In this document: piece after piece, positions 1 to 14,296 of the stretch | Numbering within the stretch: position 1 is the stretch's first letter | Layout: each line of letters starts with the position of its first letter | Assembly (NCBI GenBank): GCA_032718475.1 | Contig: JAUCBJ010007543.1 | Coordinates: 1-36,001 of the forward strand | DNA from: Nemertoderma westbladi | Lineage: Eukaryota > Animalia > Xenacoelomorpha | Reading direction: 5' to 3' | Length of the DNA: 36,001 nt | Translations under genes and position numbers: made by a program | Notes under the pieces: model-generated | Database searches by the model: none | Told to the model about the DNA's origin: nothing | Seen by the model: only the letters and a program-made list of their open reading frames with translations

Positions 1-591
1 AGCCCAATGTTCTTGATATACCGAAGGTAAGAGAGAAGGGTTACAAATAAACGATTGTGACTTATGTTAAAGTGGTTTGAAGTGAATCTAATGTTATTTG
101 ATAGACCCTACATGAGTCAGTCTGTGTTTCTTTTATATGTGACTAAAATCAGTGAAGATTGGCAGATTAGTGTGCAGTATTGTGCAGCATTGTGTATGAG
201 TGAGTCTGTTAAAGAAGCATTCCTAAAGAATGCGCCATATATGTGAATTATAATTAAGCCATATCGTTGTGAGTAGTTTAAGTCATAACTCTGTTTATGT
301 AGATAAAGCGCCACGTCCTAAAGGAACTGTTAATATTTCCCGAAGGTGAATAATATTGTCAGAGATTATATAATACTGTCAGTCGAATAATACATTAGGC
401 TTACATAGCAATAAAATTAAACCGTCGAACCCAATCTCCCGGGAATCTCCAGCGGGTGAATGATCGCGCACAGATTGGTTTCGACTAGTGTAGTGAATCA
501 AATACTTGTCATAGACTAAAAACCGATTTAATATCTAGAAGACATCTTAATTTGGTGGGTTAAACTGCCAAAGGTCTGAAAGCGCGAACAC

Positions 592-848
592 TTTTCTAAC
601 CGAAACAATAAACGATCACTTAACTAATTGAGGGAAAGGAGCAGAAAAGTTACAGAGACGGGATTTTCTAACCAAAACAATAAACAGTCACTTTACAAAA
701 TGAAGGAAAGGAGCAGGTTACAGAGGTGGGCCTTTCTAACCAAAACAATAAACGGTCATTTTACCAAATCAGGGAAAGGAGCAGGTTACAGAGGCGGGAT
801 TTTCTAACCAAAACAATAAACGATCATTTAACTAATTGAAGGAAAGGT
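592..848. repeat. Degenerate tandem repeat, ~68-72 bp unit, ~3.7 copies
   Basis: TTTCTAACCAAAACAATAAAC...GGAAAGGAGCAG recurs at ~592, 664, 733 and 800. Confidence 0.85.
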
Positions 849-1062
849 ATATCCGCATTTTCCACAATCCAGTTTGGCCTATCAATTATTTAAAATTTAT
901 TAGCACAACCGGTCAGCCAGTAGGCCTACTAGTAGGCCTACCGTATTTAAATGGTAGTCTACACAGAAGGCCTACAGCAGTACCGGTGCCGGTACCGGTA
1001 CCGGTACTAAAATACCTAAAATAACTGCTTTATAGCTACATCTGTACATACAATACAGCAAT

Positions 1063-2330
1063 CCCGTGTCACAGAATTTACCAAATTTGCATAAACCCAC
1101 AAAGCATTTATAGAACAACACTCGAAAATTTAGAAAGCATGTGGAATTTAGATAATTTTATATGTGCACAATAAGCATTTAGAAATATTTATTAAATTAT
1201 AAGTACACATTTAGATCAATCTAGACTGTTGTAAAACATACAAATACTACTAAAATGTTTAGTAAGCATTTAATAATTTAAGTACGTTAGTATGCACGTA
1301 CAGTTAGCTGTTTGCTTCAAGTAGTGAAGTGTATATTTCTGCCAGTCTCACCTCTCGCTCTCAGCCTCCAGGTGGGGGGGGGGGGGGGGGGGGGGGGGGG
1401 GTCAACCACTATTGTTTATGATATTTAAATGATTATAAAAAAAATTTTGAAAAAATTTGCAACTATTGGTTCTGCTAACACTGATAAATATAAGTTTAGG
1501 AAAGTGATTCGCTCGCAAAAAAGGAATACATTTCACAATATGATAATTGGATAAACATTAAATTTAGAAATGGTGATCAAATCAAATTGTTCATGAAATA
1601 ATATTGGATTTTTCGAAAAAAAACATAAAAAAATAAAGTTTAGAAGTGTTGATAAGGTTAATATTACTTGAATTGCATAAAACTATAGGACATTCAAAGG
1701 ATTTCAAAAGTTAAAATATATTCATTAAATAAAATATCGAGGGGTAATTGTGCGGGGGGCAATATTTCCGGGGGGCAATAGTACGGGGGGCAATTGTCCT
1801 CGGGTGGCAATTATCATCGAGGGGCAATTTTCCGGGAGGCAATTTTCCGCGAGGCAATTGTCCGAGGAACAATTTTCCGCGAGGCAATTGACCGAGGAAC
1901 GATTGTCCGGGGGCAATTGTCCTAGTTCTCCCAAGAGGTTACCTAACTTCATGACTCCCGTCCCAGTCGTGTTCTACTAATTTCATCCAATCAAATCGTT
2001 GGCTGTTTGGAACCACATAAAAATATACAATTAATTTACAAAACATACAAAATTTCCTAAATTACAGTATGCTTACACACAAATCGCTCATTAAACATAT
2101 TAGCCAATCAAATTAGATGTGTGGCGCCACAGTTAAATTTATAAACTTTTAAAGGTTACTTGCAAAATCTACTAAGTAAACGTGGAAAATATACAAAATT
2201 TTATAAATAACACATGAAGCAACATACAACAAACATATAAACGCCAGGCACGTTTTTATATGTTTATTTCTACGCATTTGAGAAATGACTGATAAGCATT
2301 TGTATGTTTCTCCATGTTCTGTGACACGGG
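1063..2330. mobile_element. Non-autonomous TIR element (MITE), EnSpm/CACTA-like CCC...GGG ends
   Basis: Perfect 14-bp TIR CCCGTGTCACAGAA (1063-1076) / TTCTGTGACACGGG (2317-2330), flanked by AT on both sides (possible 2-bp TSD); no transposase ORF; superfamily is inferred. Confidence 0.7.
1741..1925. repeat. GGCAATT(G/T)TCC-type short degenerate repeat array inside the MITE
   Basis: About a dozen GGGGCAATTGTCC / GAGGCAATTTTCC-like units. Confidence 0.75.
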
Positions 2331-3793
2331 ATACTGCAAAATAGTGCTCTATATACTAATACCGGTACTGATAGCCTGAGATAACAGCAGTAGAGAAACC
2401 GGTAGCATGGAACCAAACGGTAAATTTCTGGAGGACATAAAAAGTAAAAAAAAGGAGATCATGAGTGATTTAAACGGACAATAAAAATTATTGCGGTATG
2501 TAATATGCATACAATTTTTCTGCCGTTTTAATTACTTTAAATCAATTAAAGACATTTATTAAAGCAAATCACTTGAACTAATCAAATTTTTAAGTATAAT
2601 TATTTAAATCTTACATTAAAATAATTAATTTCCATTAAAAGACATGCTTGAAAACGCTGTTTTTTACTGCAATTAATTAATTAATTAACTAATTAACTGC
2701 TATTATCTTAGCTTCTCGAATACCACACGTAAATTATTCTTGGAAAATTTCTAAACTTTTGCCAAACAACATGTGTACCAAGTTTGGTTAGTTTGACCGA
2801 GTAATTAATTACGTTCAAAATTGGACACTACAGAACTACAGGTGTACAGGAACTACAGACCTACTGAGCGACAGGTTGATTAGTGGTACCAGTACTCTAA
2901 GCAAGACTTACCATCATGGTAAGGACACCACGTGTAACTGTGTCGACGATGTGATGATTATGATGAACAAAAAGATGGCACATTATTCTAACCTCCTTAA
3001 TGCCGACTGAGAGATTGTTTGTTTTTATATTCGCTCTTGTACTGATTGTAAATTCAAGTTCAATTATGTGTAAAAGCACACTTATTGTCAAAAAGCCGAC
3101 TCTTTTCGCTTCAATTTGACACCACATACACTGTAAACTCATAATTTAATCCATCACAATTACAATTTGAAAAGTTGTACAGTATATAAGTTGTAAATTA
3201 TATGCAAACAGAATACGGCTTTAAAAGTGATAGAATACTGCCCTAAGACAGTATATTATTTTTCAATTATTTCTTCAAATTCGGAATCTTCAGGAAATTT
3301 TACCCTAGAAATGATGAAAAATACCATGCTTTCCGCAAATTTCATATTTACCCATTATGTCACATGTAGCGTGGAATTGCCCTGCAGTTTAATTTAAAGA
3401 ATTAGCAAAATAGCAAAGATTCTGTAAGATACCTTGCCACACACAATGATTGGATAAAAATAAAATCAGCTGAAGAGAGTAAGCATGTATTGACTGTTTT
3501 ATTACTATTTGTTCTGAAATGGCTCCTTCCATCTACCAATACCCGTGTAGATGATTCACATTGGTAGCCAATAGGAACCGGGATTGAAATCTTTTGTTAT
3601 CATCTCTCACTTGAGTGTGGTTAATGGGTCAGTAGTGTGGTTAATTACTGTATAATATAATATTGCTCAATTAACATATTTTTTTTACAATTATTATTAA
3701 GAAACTAAAATATTAATTCATTAACAGCATATTTGATTTGTCAGTTATTATTAAGTAAATAAATTATGTGGAATCAGTGTAAATTGGTACACA

Positions 3794-4333
3794 CTGACAG
3801 ACCCACCGACAGTCTGACCAACCGACCGACCAACAGACTGACCGACAGACTGACCAATCGACCGACAGACTGAGCGACTGACTGACCAACCGACTGACCC
3901 ACTGACAGACTGACCAACCGACAGACATACTGACCAACCGACCGAGAGACTGACCGACAGACTGACCAACCGACCGACCGACAGACTGACCGACAGACTA
4001 ACCAACTGACTTACCGATCCATCAACTGACCGACCGACCGACAGACTGAATGACAGATTGACCAACCGACCGACAGACTGACCAACCAGACCAACAGACT
4101 GACTGACAGACCGACAGACTGAATGACAATTTGACCAACCGACCGACAGACTCACACACAGACTGACCAACTGACCTACCAACCAACAAACAAACTGACC
4201 GACAGATTGAATGACAGACTGACCAACCGACTGACAGACTGACCGACAGACTAACCAACTGACCTGCCGACCAATCAACCGACCGACAGACTGAACGACC
4301 GACTGACCAACTAACCCACCGACAGACTGACCC
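3794..4333. repeat. Degenerate tetranucleotide microsatellite (GACC/GACA/GACT/AACC)
   Basis: Continuous 4-nt periodicity; accounts for the spurious SVG-rich ORFs 3751-4335 and 4022-4258. Confidence 0.95.
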
Positions 4334-5517
4334 ACCTATATACTGTAGAACTTATTACTAATTGAAATAAACTGATTTCGTTATGGATATAATATACTGA
4401 AATTTTGCCCCATTAATTGATTTATATAAACTACTGTAAGACTATTTTTATTCGGAATTAAATGGTGTTTAAACACAATTAATTTATTGGTTAATTTTAT
4501 TACTTACATTACGTATTACGCATTTACTTACGTATTTAAACTTACAAATTATGTATGGTATCCGTAATTCTTCCTTCACCGTTTTCCAGTTTTTTATAGA
4601 TGGGTGGGCTGATTTTATGATAAAGAGTAAAATTTTGTAGAGTAATTAATCACGTCCATTCTGTTGAAATTTGTACAGTATGAGGTTGACATAATTTTGA
4701 CTCTTCTCGCTGAAACTCTTCCACGAATAATGATGGATTGAAATAATTCTTCCACATATTTGCTACTGTAAATGTTGCTTATGATATAAAAATATCATTC
4801 TCCACCGCCAATTGTCATCCTACCGTAAACTGTGCCCACATATCCCAGAGCACAACAGAACCCTTGCCCTTGGATTATATTTACAAGCCCTGCCCAGCTG
4901 ACTGATCAATGCCCGTTCAGAAAATATACTGTACTTTATTTGATTTTTTTATTATAATTTTAGCTTTTGCCAACAATTCCATCGACTGTAAATCCTATAG
5001 ACGTATTTTGTATTTTATTTTATTTATTAATGTTTGTATGTAATTAAATTTTATCAATTATAAAGTCATGTAAGACTATCACCGAATAACATCAGAGATC
5101 ACAGATAGGCCTAAGTTAAAAGGTAAATAGAATTAAGTAATATCAGCGTTGGTGGGTGTTTTAAAGATGATTGTAGTTAGTGAAACATAAAATTATTTAA
5201 AGCATTTGTGTATTTATTTACGTGATGAAATCGTAAATGACAAGTAAATAAACGACATACTGCACAACATATTAAATAAGACAATAAATAACATTCAGTT
5301 TCGTAAGTTAATTTTTTTAAATAATTTTTTTAAATAATTTTTTTAATACTCATTACAGTCATCAGTAGCGAATCAACGAATAATCAGCTCCATTATCAAG
5401 CCCATTTGCCACAAAGGTAAAAATAATCGAGACACATCAATGAATTCGAACTTCGGTTGAGCGTTTAGATAATTGTCATTCAATATATTTGTCAAACCTA
5501 AAAAAAAAATAATACTG

Positions 5518-6172
5518 TTGTGATTAGACACTTGCGTTCGGTATATATTGTGGTAAATAGACGTTAGTGAAGTCTTGTGGTAATTAGACACTCAGTATTA
5601 ACAACTACCGGTACCGTACTGTGTATATTGTGGTAATTACTGTAGACACTTGCATTCTGTATATTGTGGTAATTAGACGTTAGTGAAGTCTTGTGGTAAT
5701 TAGACACTCAGTATTAACAACTACCGGTACCGTACTGTATATTGTGGTAATTACTGTAGACACTTGCATTCTGTATATTGTGGTAATTAGACGTTAGTGA
5801 AGTCTTGTGGTAATTAGACACTGAGTATGAATAACTACCGTTCTGTATATTGTGGTAATTAGACGTTAGTGAAGTCTTGTGGTAATTAGACACTGAGTAT
5901 GAATAACTACCGTTCTGTATATTGTGGTAATTAGATGTTAGTGAAGTCTTGTGGTAATTAGACACTGAGTATGAATAACTACCGTTCTGTATATTGTGGT
6001 AATTAGATGTTAGTGAAGTCTTGTGGTAATTAGACACTGAGTATGAATAACTACCGTTCTGTATATTGTGGTAATTAGATGTTAGTGAAGTCTTGTGGTA
6101 ATTAGACACTGAGTATGAATAACTACCGTTCTGTATATTGTGGTAATTAGATGCAGTGTAGTCTTGTGGTAA
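5518..6172. repeat. Minisatellite, 72-bp unit with internal TTGTGGTAATTAGA sub-repeats
   Basis: TCTGTATATTGTGGTAATTAGATGTTAGTGAAGTCTTGTGGTAATTAGACACTGAGTATGAATAACTACCGT about 5 near-exact copies plus longer variant copies on the left. Confidence 0.95.
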
Positions 6173-6768
6173 ATGTGGAGCACGAGAAATCCATTACATA
6201 AACGTCATGGGTGAAAGGGAGTTGTGGCGAGGCAATTTTGTCGACAAACCTGAACAGCATTCTTAATATATATGTAATATATATAATGTAGCTGCAATGC
6301 AGCATGCCGATCGTAGCAGTAGCTCTCTAAGCAATAATCCAAACGGAATGAACTCAATGAAGATACACTACTGTATAGAATATCAAGCCAACAGTCGGCC
6401 GAGGATGGAGGCGTCCCGAATTCTCCTCTTTCAATTGCTGCAACCCGAAGGTGGGGGTGGGTGGGCGCTTCTCCTTTCCCAAGTTTTGCTCCAAGTAAGT
6501 CAACTGGTCCGCATTTTATCGACCTGGAATGACCACAAAAACGACCAAGATTGCCTTAAACCATGGCAAACTTAGGCAACTTAGCTGATCTTAAACTCTG
6601 TCAATCTTCTTGGCAAACGAGACAACTGTTGCATTGCTATTGCACACTTTATCTTGGATTTACAGTACTGTATATTTATTTACAGTATGAGTATTTTGCT
6701 TACAAAAGCTTATGTAGCAGTGTATATTTTCGTATCATAAACAATTTCAAGCAACTTTCTCTAATATT

Positions 6769-9700
6769 GTGTTTCTACCAGTTCTAACAAAACCAAATAA
6801 CTACCCCATGACTTGGAAAGGTGATGAGTTTGGCATTCAATCCATTGCATCACCAACAGAGCTAAATCTCATAAAAAGTGTTCATCTTACAAGTTCGACC
6901 AAAGGTATTCTTGATGAAACCCCTGATTCTGGTTGCAATAACATATCAGTGGTAGTGAAGGAGTTTCTTAAGCTCAATAGACCTGTTGATATTGACTCTG
7001 TCTTAGCTCAACTTGATAATGCATGTGTGTGTAGTGTTAACCCTTCATCGTACGTTTATTTACAAGAAGTCTGTTATAAATGTTACACATTCTTAGATGC
7101 TGCATTGAAAAATGAAGAGAAATTAAAGCCTAAAATATTAAGTGCACTTAAAAGTAGGCGTTTTATTTTATCTGGTGACAAATTCCTGGCACCACATCAA
7201 GTTGCATTTGATTTCCAACATAATTGTGCACCATTTCTATATGCACTTCCATCAGATATAGCTCATAATTTCCCAGATCTTTTGAGGGAATGTGGTGTGC
7301 GTGAAATATTCCATTGGCAAGACTATATGCAAGCACTTCAGGAACTGGAAGTTCAGCAACAGGATGAACCACTTTCCAAAAAAGACCTATCTACAGCACT
7401 AAGATTAACTAGACTTTTTGATGAACTGATACTGAATATCCAAGAACGAGATAATAATGAACCTATTAACCTTCAGTCATATGGAATTGTATATTTACCA
7501 GATGCTAGAGGAATAATGACACCAGCATCAATACTTCGGTATAATGATTGTCCATGGATGAAAGATGAAACTCTTGGACAGAGTTTTGCTCACCCAGATA
7601 TTCCATATGACACATGCATGCGTCTAGGAGTGAATACAAGACGTGGCACTGCTATCACTAAACATTCTCGTGGAATCGCCTTTGGTCAAAAAGAAAAACT
7701 AACAAATCGCCTGAAACGCATCCTCAGTGGGTATCCATGTGATAAAGAAATCCTAAAGGAGTTATTGCAAAATGCAGATGATGCAACAGCAACTGAAGTT
7801 ATCTTCATTAAGGATTCACGATATCATAATGATGAGTGTCTCTTTGATGACAGTTGGAAGCCCCTTCAAGGTCCAGCTCTTTGTGTTTACAATAATAGAC
7901 CATTCACAGAATCTGATCTGAGAGGAATTCAAAATGTTGGTGAGGGAAGCAAATCTGAAGATCCAAATAAGACTGGACAGTATGGTATAGGATTCAATTC
8001 TGTATATCATTTAACAGAGACTCCCTCATTTTTAACTCAAGGTGCTGAAGTTGGTGATGCTTTATGTGTATTTGATCCTCAGTGTAAATATGTACCTGGT
8101 GCTACATCTGAGGAGCCTGGACGAATGTATGATGATATAGGAGGTTTGAAAGACTTGTTTCCTGATGTATTTACACCATATTTGACATCGTATTTCTCTA
8201 TTACAAACTCTACCATGTTTAGATTTCCACTGCGTTCTGATATGCAAGCGAGAGAATCTAAAATATCAACACTCAGCATGTCACTGGACAAACTTGATTC
8301 ATTAATGGAAACATTTAAACAAGAGATGTTTGAAGTATTGTTATTTGTAAACAATGTTCAAATGATTTCAATTTCAGAAATTACAAAAAATAACAAATTA
8401 GTTTGTAAATATTCAGTAAAGTCTATACTATCGGAAGAAGACAAAGCAAAGCGCAAGAAGTTTTCAGATCATGTTCGCAATACCATTAAATCAGTGAAAA
8501 GGGGAGAAATCAATATCACAGATGTCCCTATGACAGAATGCTCTTATATAGTAAATATAGAAGATTCCAATGGCAAATCAGAAAAATGGTTTTTAACTAG
8601 ACGAATTGGTTACCAAGGAGTTCAAAAAATCCCAGCAAGTATTGTTCATGCATTTTCCAGAGGGGATCTTTGTTTGATGCCAAGAGGTGGTGTTGCATCT
8701 CTACTATATGCAAAAAATATAAAGGAAAGCGACAGGGAAAAACGAGCTTTTTGTTTCCTCCCGTTACCAGTATTAACAGGACTTCCAGTTCATATCAATG
8801 GCCACTTTGCACTTGACCATGAAGCCAGACGAGCGCTGTGGTTGGATGATGGGACTGGGTATAGGACTGACTGGAATATGACTATCATCAGAGAAGTAAT
8901 ATCACCAGCATTTGCAAGTCATTTGTTAGAAATGAGGAATGTATTGAATTTAATACAACATCAACATAATTATAAAGGAACAACTATTGAGGCTATAGAC
9001 AAAGACAAACTCCAACATTATAAAATGTTGTTTCCTGATCTAGATCATGTTAGAGAATTCTACTGGATTTTTCTTGTAAAAACATTCTATAGATATATTA
9101 ATGACAACAAAATAAAGGTAATGCCTGTTGCTAGGCATCAAATAATTCAAGATAATAGCTCTAAAATAAACTTATTTGGTTTGAAATCTCCTGCCACTTC
9201 ATCAACAGTAGTCAGTCAGATAAATTGGTTGCCACCCTCTGGAGAGAGAGAGCTAGAGTCATACTTTAACAATTTTAATTTGGAGCATTTCAAATCACTT
9301 AACAACTCAACCTTCAGCGGCCTTGCTAAGGCAGGGCCAAGGACATTTAGCCACGCACAAGATCTTGCTCATGAATTAACCCACCTTCTCCTAAGCACTG
9401 GGTTTAATCTAATAGACCTTCCTGAAACAATTTATAATACAATGAACAACTCTGGTGTAAAGGTAAACCAAGTCACACCAAAATCTGTTATCAATTTTTT
9501 CAAAACATACATTAGTGATAATCCACTGTGTGATGTAGGGAACATTCCTTGTCACATATCGCAGACTCCATTTAAAGATGTTACCTCTATAATTACACTT
9601 TTATTATATTGTCAAGGAGATAACAACTTTTTAACATCATTGCAAGGCATGCCTCTATTGATTACAGATGATGATCGTTTGAACATGTTTGATTCCAGCC

Positions 9701-12206
9701 ATTCAAAATATCTAACACCATTCTTCTCACTTGTACCTGATAAAGGTGAACATTTTGTACATCGTGATTTAGTAGAATTTGTATTCAAGGATGTAAATCC
9801 AGAATTAGTTTATGTATTCAAAATATTTGATGTTGATGCACTAGCAACATTCCTTCCACATGCTCTGAATCCAAAAGAATATTATATGGTAGAAAAACAT
9901 ATAACATGGGACCCAAATTCTCCAGAAATACCAAATGCAAAATGGATATCAGAACTTTGGTCATTTCTTCATTTTCACACAATGGATGTCCTAAAAAAGA
10001 AAGATATGGTGGCCTTTGAAAAGATATTGAGCACATTATCTGATTGGGCGTTGCTTCCAGCTTATGTATTACAGAGAAGACAACGTAGCAGGGGCTCCAT
10101 TGTTCTGAGTCTTTTCCAACGATCAGTATCAACACTTGTAAATAGACAACATTACTTGGTTCCAATGAACATGGGGTCCACAGTATTGGATTCAAATTGC
10201 TCACCATTGGGAAAGAAAATGAAAGATGCCCTTTTAAAATTAGGTGTGTCAGAAGTGAACCTTGATATGTATGGAAAGACTGAAGAAATGGTTGAATGTA
10301 CTGCAGCAGACTTGCAGCCTAGTTATAGAGTGGTTGAACCTTTAGCTGCTACTTTGGATAGGCCCGAGACAATTCTTTCTGTAATGGATCATGCCCTTTG
10401 TACTCATTCATTCGATAGGTTGCTAAATGATGAAGAATGTCATATAATTTTGCAATATTTCAATGACAACCTAGATGAAATAAGTGATTGCCAGGAGGGA
10501 ATCGATGTTTTACGAGATGTTCCCTTTTATGAAGCTATTGATGGATCTAGGACAAAGATATCTGGTGGTCAAGCATATGTTATGCCTGAAGGTGTACCCA
10601 AGGCCAGTTCAGACAATGATGATGATGAAAGTCATCTTATATTTCTAAAGAAGAATGATGCTCTCCATAAGCTGTACAATTTCCTCGGTTGCTATGAATT
10701 AACAGACACTGATGTTTACTTAAATTTCATCATCAGTCAGTTTGCCACATTACATCCAGATGCTAGGGAAAGACACTTGCAACATATACGGGATGAGTTG
10801 CTTCCAGGACTTGATGAAGTGGAACAAGAAAGATTGTTACATAAACTTGTGAATGTAAACCTTCTTCCAGATAGAAGTGGAGTTCTCAGACCAGTATCAT
10901 ACTTTTTTGATCCACAACATGAATTTTTTTCATCAATGGTTAGTGATGCAGAATTTCCTTTAACACCATATAATTCATCAGAATGGTTACATTTTCTCAG
11001 ATTGCTTGGATTGAGACAGGAAATTGATGAGCGACAATACTTAGAATTCGCCAACTTGGTTGCAAAGGAAGCAAAATGTGACAGAACCAATGAAACCGAA
11101 AAGAAATCAAAAGCTCTGGTTGAGTACCTCTTCAAGCAGTTTGCATCCTTTTCAGAGGGTATTCTCCAAAGATTGTGTCTCATTAATTATGTTGCCCCAT
11201 CAAAAGAAGCAGCCCCATTTGAAGTTATATATAAAGGGTTCAACAGACAACCAGATGGGAAAATGCCTTTCTTATCATTTAAGGGTGCAGTGCCTGAAGA
11301 GAATGTGAAGCTGGCATGGACTAGTGCAAATCTACTGCCAGAATGGGCCAATCCAACAAAATACACATTTGAACATCCCCAACACCTGGAACTGCTAATA
11401 CATTACCTACAACTTCAAATTATACCAACAACCAACACTGTGGTCTCTCATATTCAGAATCTGTGTCACCATTTGGACCAGGAGAGAAAACAAAAGAAGC
11501 TCTTAGATGATTACACAAACATGACAATGACAGATATCATGATAAATATCTACAGATTCTTGCAAGATCACGCATCACAAACGAGCAATGCAAAGGATAG
11601 ACTTAAACATACACCATCTATTGTTATTGATGGCGGTAAACGACTAGTTAGGGCGGCCCAAATTGTCTTAAACCTGTACGAAGAAGATGAAATTAAGCCC
11701 TATATTTTTAGATGCCCGCCAGAATTTGGAGAATTCCATAGGGTGTTTAAGTACTTGGGGGCCTACGATACTGTTTCAATTAATCAATATGCCATGGTGC
11801 TGGAAATGTTATTTAGAGAAGCAGCTAGTGCCAAATTACATCCCAATGAACTAAAAGCCGCGTACCAATCTGTAGCAGGTTTGTTTAAAAAAGCAGAACA
11901 CGGTGTTGCCGGTCTAGATTTCACAACGCTGTACCTTGTCAGCCAAGATGAGAAAATGATGAAAAGTACCGAGTTGGTATTCAGTAACGACACCCACCGC
12001 GCCGGCAGAATAAAAGGGTTCGATAAACCCTTCCTGATGGATCCTTCTTTATGTGGGTTGGATTACGGGAGTTTCGGGTCGCTGTTACTAAAGCTCCCAG
12101 CCCATATGCAACCGCAGATGCTGACATCCCTAGTCTGTGAATCCCTTGAAGATAGTGCGGCTAGAACTACAACAGCCATCGGAGTACCACAGGAATTAAA
12201 GCAAAG
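6769..12206 (+). CDS. SACS: Sacsin, large internal exon (last sacsin repeat region with HSP90/GHKL-like ATPase fold and downstream region); 5' boundary uncertain (acceptor after 6720 or 6751)
   Basis: FGQKEKLTNRLKRILSGYP, ILKELLQNADDA, TGQYGIGFNSVYHLTE, TMFRFPLR, FCFLPLPVLTGLPVHINGHF are sacsin SRR signatures; donor AG|GTATAT at 12206/12207 is phase-compatible with the next exon. Confidence 0.95.
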
Positions 12207-12744
12207 GTATATAATTATGCTAAGTATTCTAACTAGAAACATAAACACTAACGAGAGCATTATCATAATATACTATAACATATATAAAGACTAACGAAAA
12301 CCTAAGTCAGTAGCTTGAATATTTATTTTATTCTAATAAATTTTATTTTACTCTAATATACTTTATTATTCCCTCATATATTCGTTACCAAATTGGTATA
12401 AAATTCGGCATCGCTAAAACCCAAGAAGTATGAATTGTATCAAAATAATATGCGTCGCGAAGGGATTTTTACAGATGATTCTTTCTATATTATTAATTTG
12501 TATTTCTGTACCATCCCTAATTCTCGTTTATAACATTGCTAAACTTTTAACACACATCAATTGAAAATCAATAGCAAATACCCTGCGATGCCATTCATGG
12601 CACATAGTCATAGCCAGTACTGCTGTACTGGTGCAATGATACATGGTAAACGCGGGTGATTTTAAATGTACAAATTCATTAACACAGTATACAGGCAGGC
12701 CAGACCTAATTCCCTAATATAAATATAAAGTGATGTTGTTACAG

Positions 12745-12926
12745 GTTGACTTCGACCGCGTTTTCCCGAGGATTAACAAGGTTAATTCGTCACGAATGTT
12801 GTGAGATGAACCAACGTGTTCCTGATGACATAGATAACAGTGTCGCAGAAAGCCTTAAAGACATCAACGTCTATGCTGTAGACAAACTGGCTACCTATCT
12901 CCACTATAGACACAAACGAATATCAG
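12745..12926 (+). CDS. SACS: Sacsin exon (LTSTAFSRGLTRLIRHE...KRIS)
   Basis: Acceptor TTACAG|, donor G|GTAGAT, phases 2/1 consistent; resembles the sacsin FxxGLxRxxxHE segment. Confidence 0.9.
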
Positions 12927-13452
12927 GTAGATTTTTTGGAATTCAGTAAAAATTGCGCTTTAAAATCTAAATCATATTTTGATGATAAAATTAATACGTA
13001 TAATTTATGGTATATTGGAATAACATATTTAATTATTGTTCATAAGTAAGTATTTTTTCTTTACAGTTTTTGATCCAATATATTTTTTACACGACCGATG
13101 GTAGTGAGTAAGTCTCCCAGATACAGATGATTGTGAGCGAACCCTGAACCCGGGAGGAGTCTGATAACGTCTGTAACTGTCAAACCTTATGGGTAGCAAT
13201 TTTAATTTCTGAGCACTTCCAATACATTGGGTCTATAAACCGTCATCGCCAATAGCTGTTTCGCCACTCAATAGCCTGGGGTTGAATTGAATTTAAATTT
13301 TGAAATAAAATGCTAAAATTGATATTCACGTTACTACGATACATTCTAGAGCTTGTTGTGTGGTCATAATAATTAATTATAATAATATAATATTAATATT
13401 AATATTAATTAATATATAATAATATAATAATCATAATAGTATTTATTTTTAG

Positions 13453-13645
13453 GGAGCGAAACAACTAGAGACGTGTTTGTTGACATAAAGGCGGAAGAAA
13501 AACTTAAAAATATTTACATAGAGAAAAATGCAACGCTTGCTGGTGCCATATTAGTGCGACTTAGTACAGAAATTAATAAAATCATCGGCGGACATATCAA
13601 ATCCTCATTGGTTTATATTCCACAAATAATATCTTGTCAAATCAG
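13453..13645 (+). CDS. SACS: Sacsin exon (SETTRDVFVD...IPQIISCQI)
   Basis: Acceptor TTTTTAG|, donor AG|GTAGGT, open frame, phases 1/2 consistent with neighbours. Confidence 0.85.
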
Positions 13646-13874
13646 GTAGGTTTAATAAATTATATATGTGTGTGAAAATGGTGACAAGATTTGCACACCG
13701 CCACCACCATGTCCAATCCCATTGTGAAGTCATTGTCTAGAGCTGTAAAGTTTACATTACTTCTATATTACTTTATATTACTTCTATATTTGATTTACAT
13801 TGTAAATTTATAATATTTTATGTTTTACTGTTGATTTGTGGGGCGAGGCATAACTGCGAGCCATCAGCGAACTG

Positions 13875-14145
13875 TTATAATTATACTATGGCCGTTTTCT
13901 AAAAGTCTGTGTGTGTGTCAGTGTGTCAGTGTATCGGACGCCATAATTGTCGGAAGCCAATAACTACCTGCTGTTCCTCGAACACAGAGTCCCAGTAGCC
14001 AATAAACGCTGAGTATTCCTAGCTTTACTTGTCGTCAGAGGCAACCTGCCACTTCCCTTGTTTTCCCCTGCAAAATTGCTGTTGCACAGCGACTGTTAGT
14101 GGTTGTTTGAGGAATTGAACTTAACTAGCTATAGTATAATTATAA
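13875..14145. mobile_element. Short non-autonomous element (MITE or Helentron/HINE-like) in a sacsin intron
   Basis: 15-bp inverted repeat TTATAATTATACTAT / ATAGTATAATTATAA enclosing a GTCT/GTGT microsatellite; family is inferred. Confidence 0.4.
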
Positions 14146-14296
14146 TATAATTGTTTGCTAAAGTGGCTTGCAGCTTCCCACTCGTGTAATCTGCTACATA
14201 CACTAACAACTCGCCGTTAGAAAAAAAACTCCGTTTAAATAATGTTAATAAAAGTTAAATGAATATCCATATTAATTGGCGATAATTACTTTTTAG

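Noticed and set aside
1-32. Upstream sacsin exon end with AAG|GTAAGA donor
   Set aside because: Only 26 nt visible with no recognisable homology; cannot be supported
2897-3142. Minus-strand exon ending at a GTAAGT donor near 2911
   Set aside because: No recognisable protein and no partner exons
3751-6109. ORFs 3751-4335, 4022-4258 and 5714-6109 as repetitive proteins
   Set aside because: Translations of micro- and minisatellites with no gene context
7163-12266. Short antisense and alternative-frame ORFs within the sacsin exon (and likewise within pol)
   Set aside because: Shadow ORFs of long coding regions with no motifs
12207-12294. C-terminal tail of the 1841-aa ORF
   Set aside because: Intron read-through; sacsin homology resumes in phase at 12745
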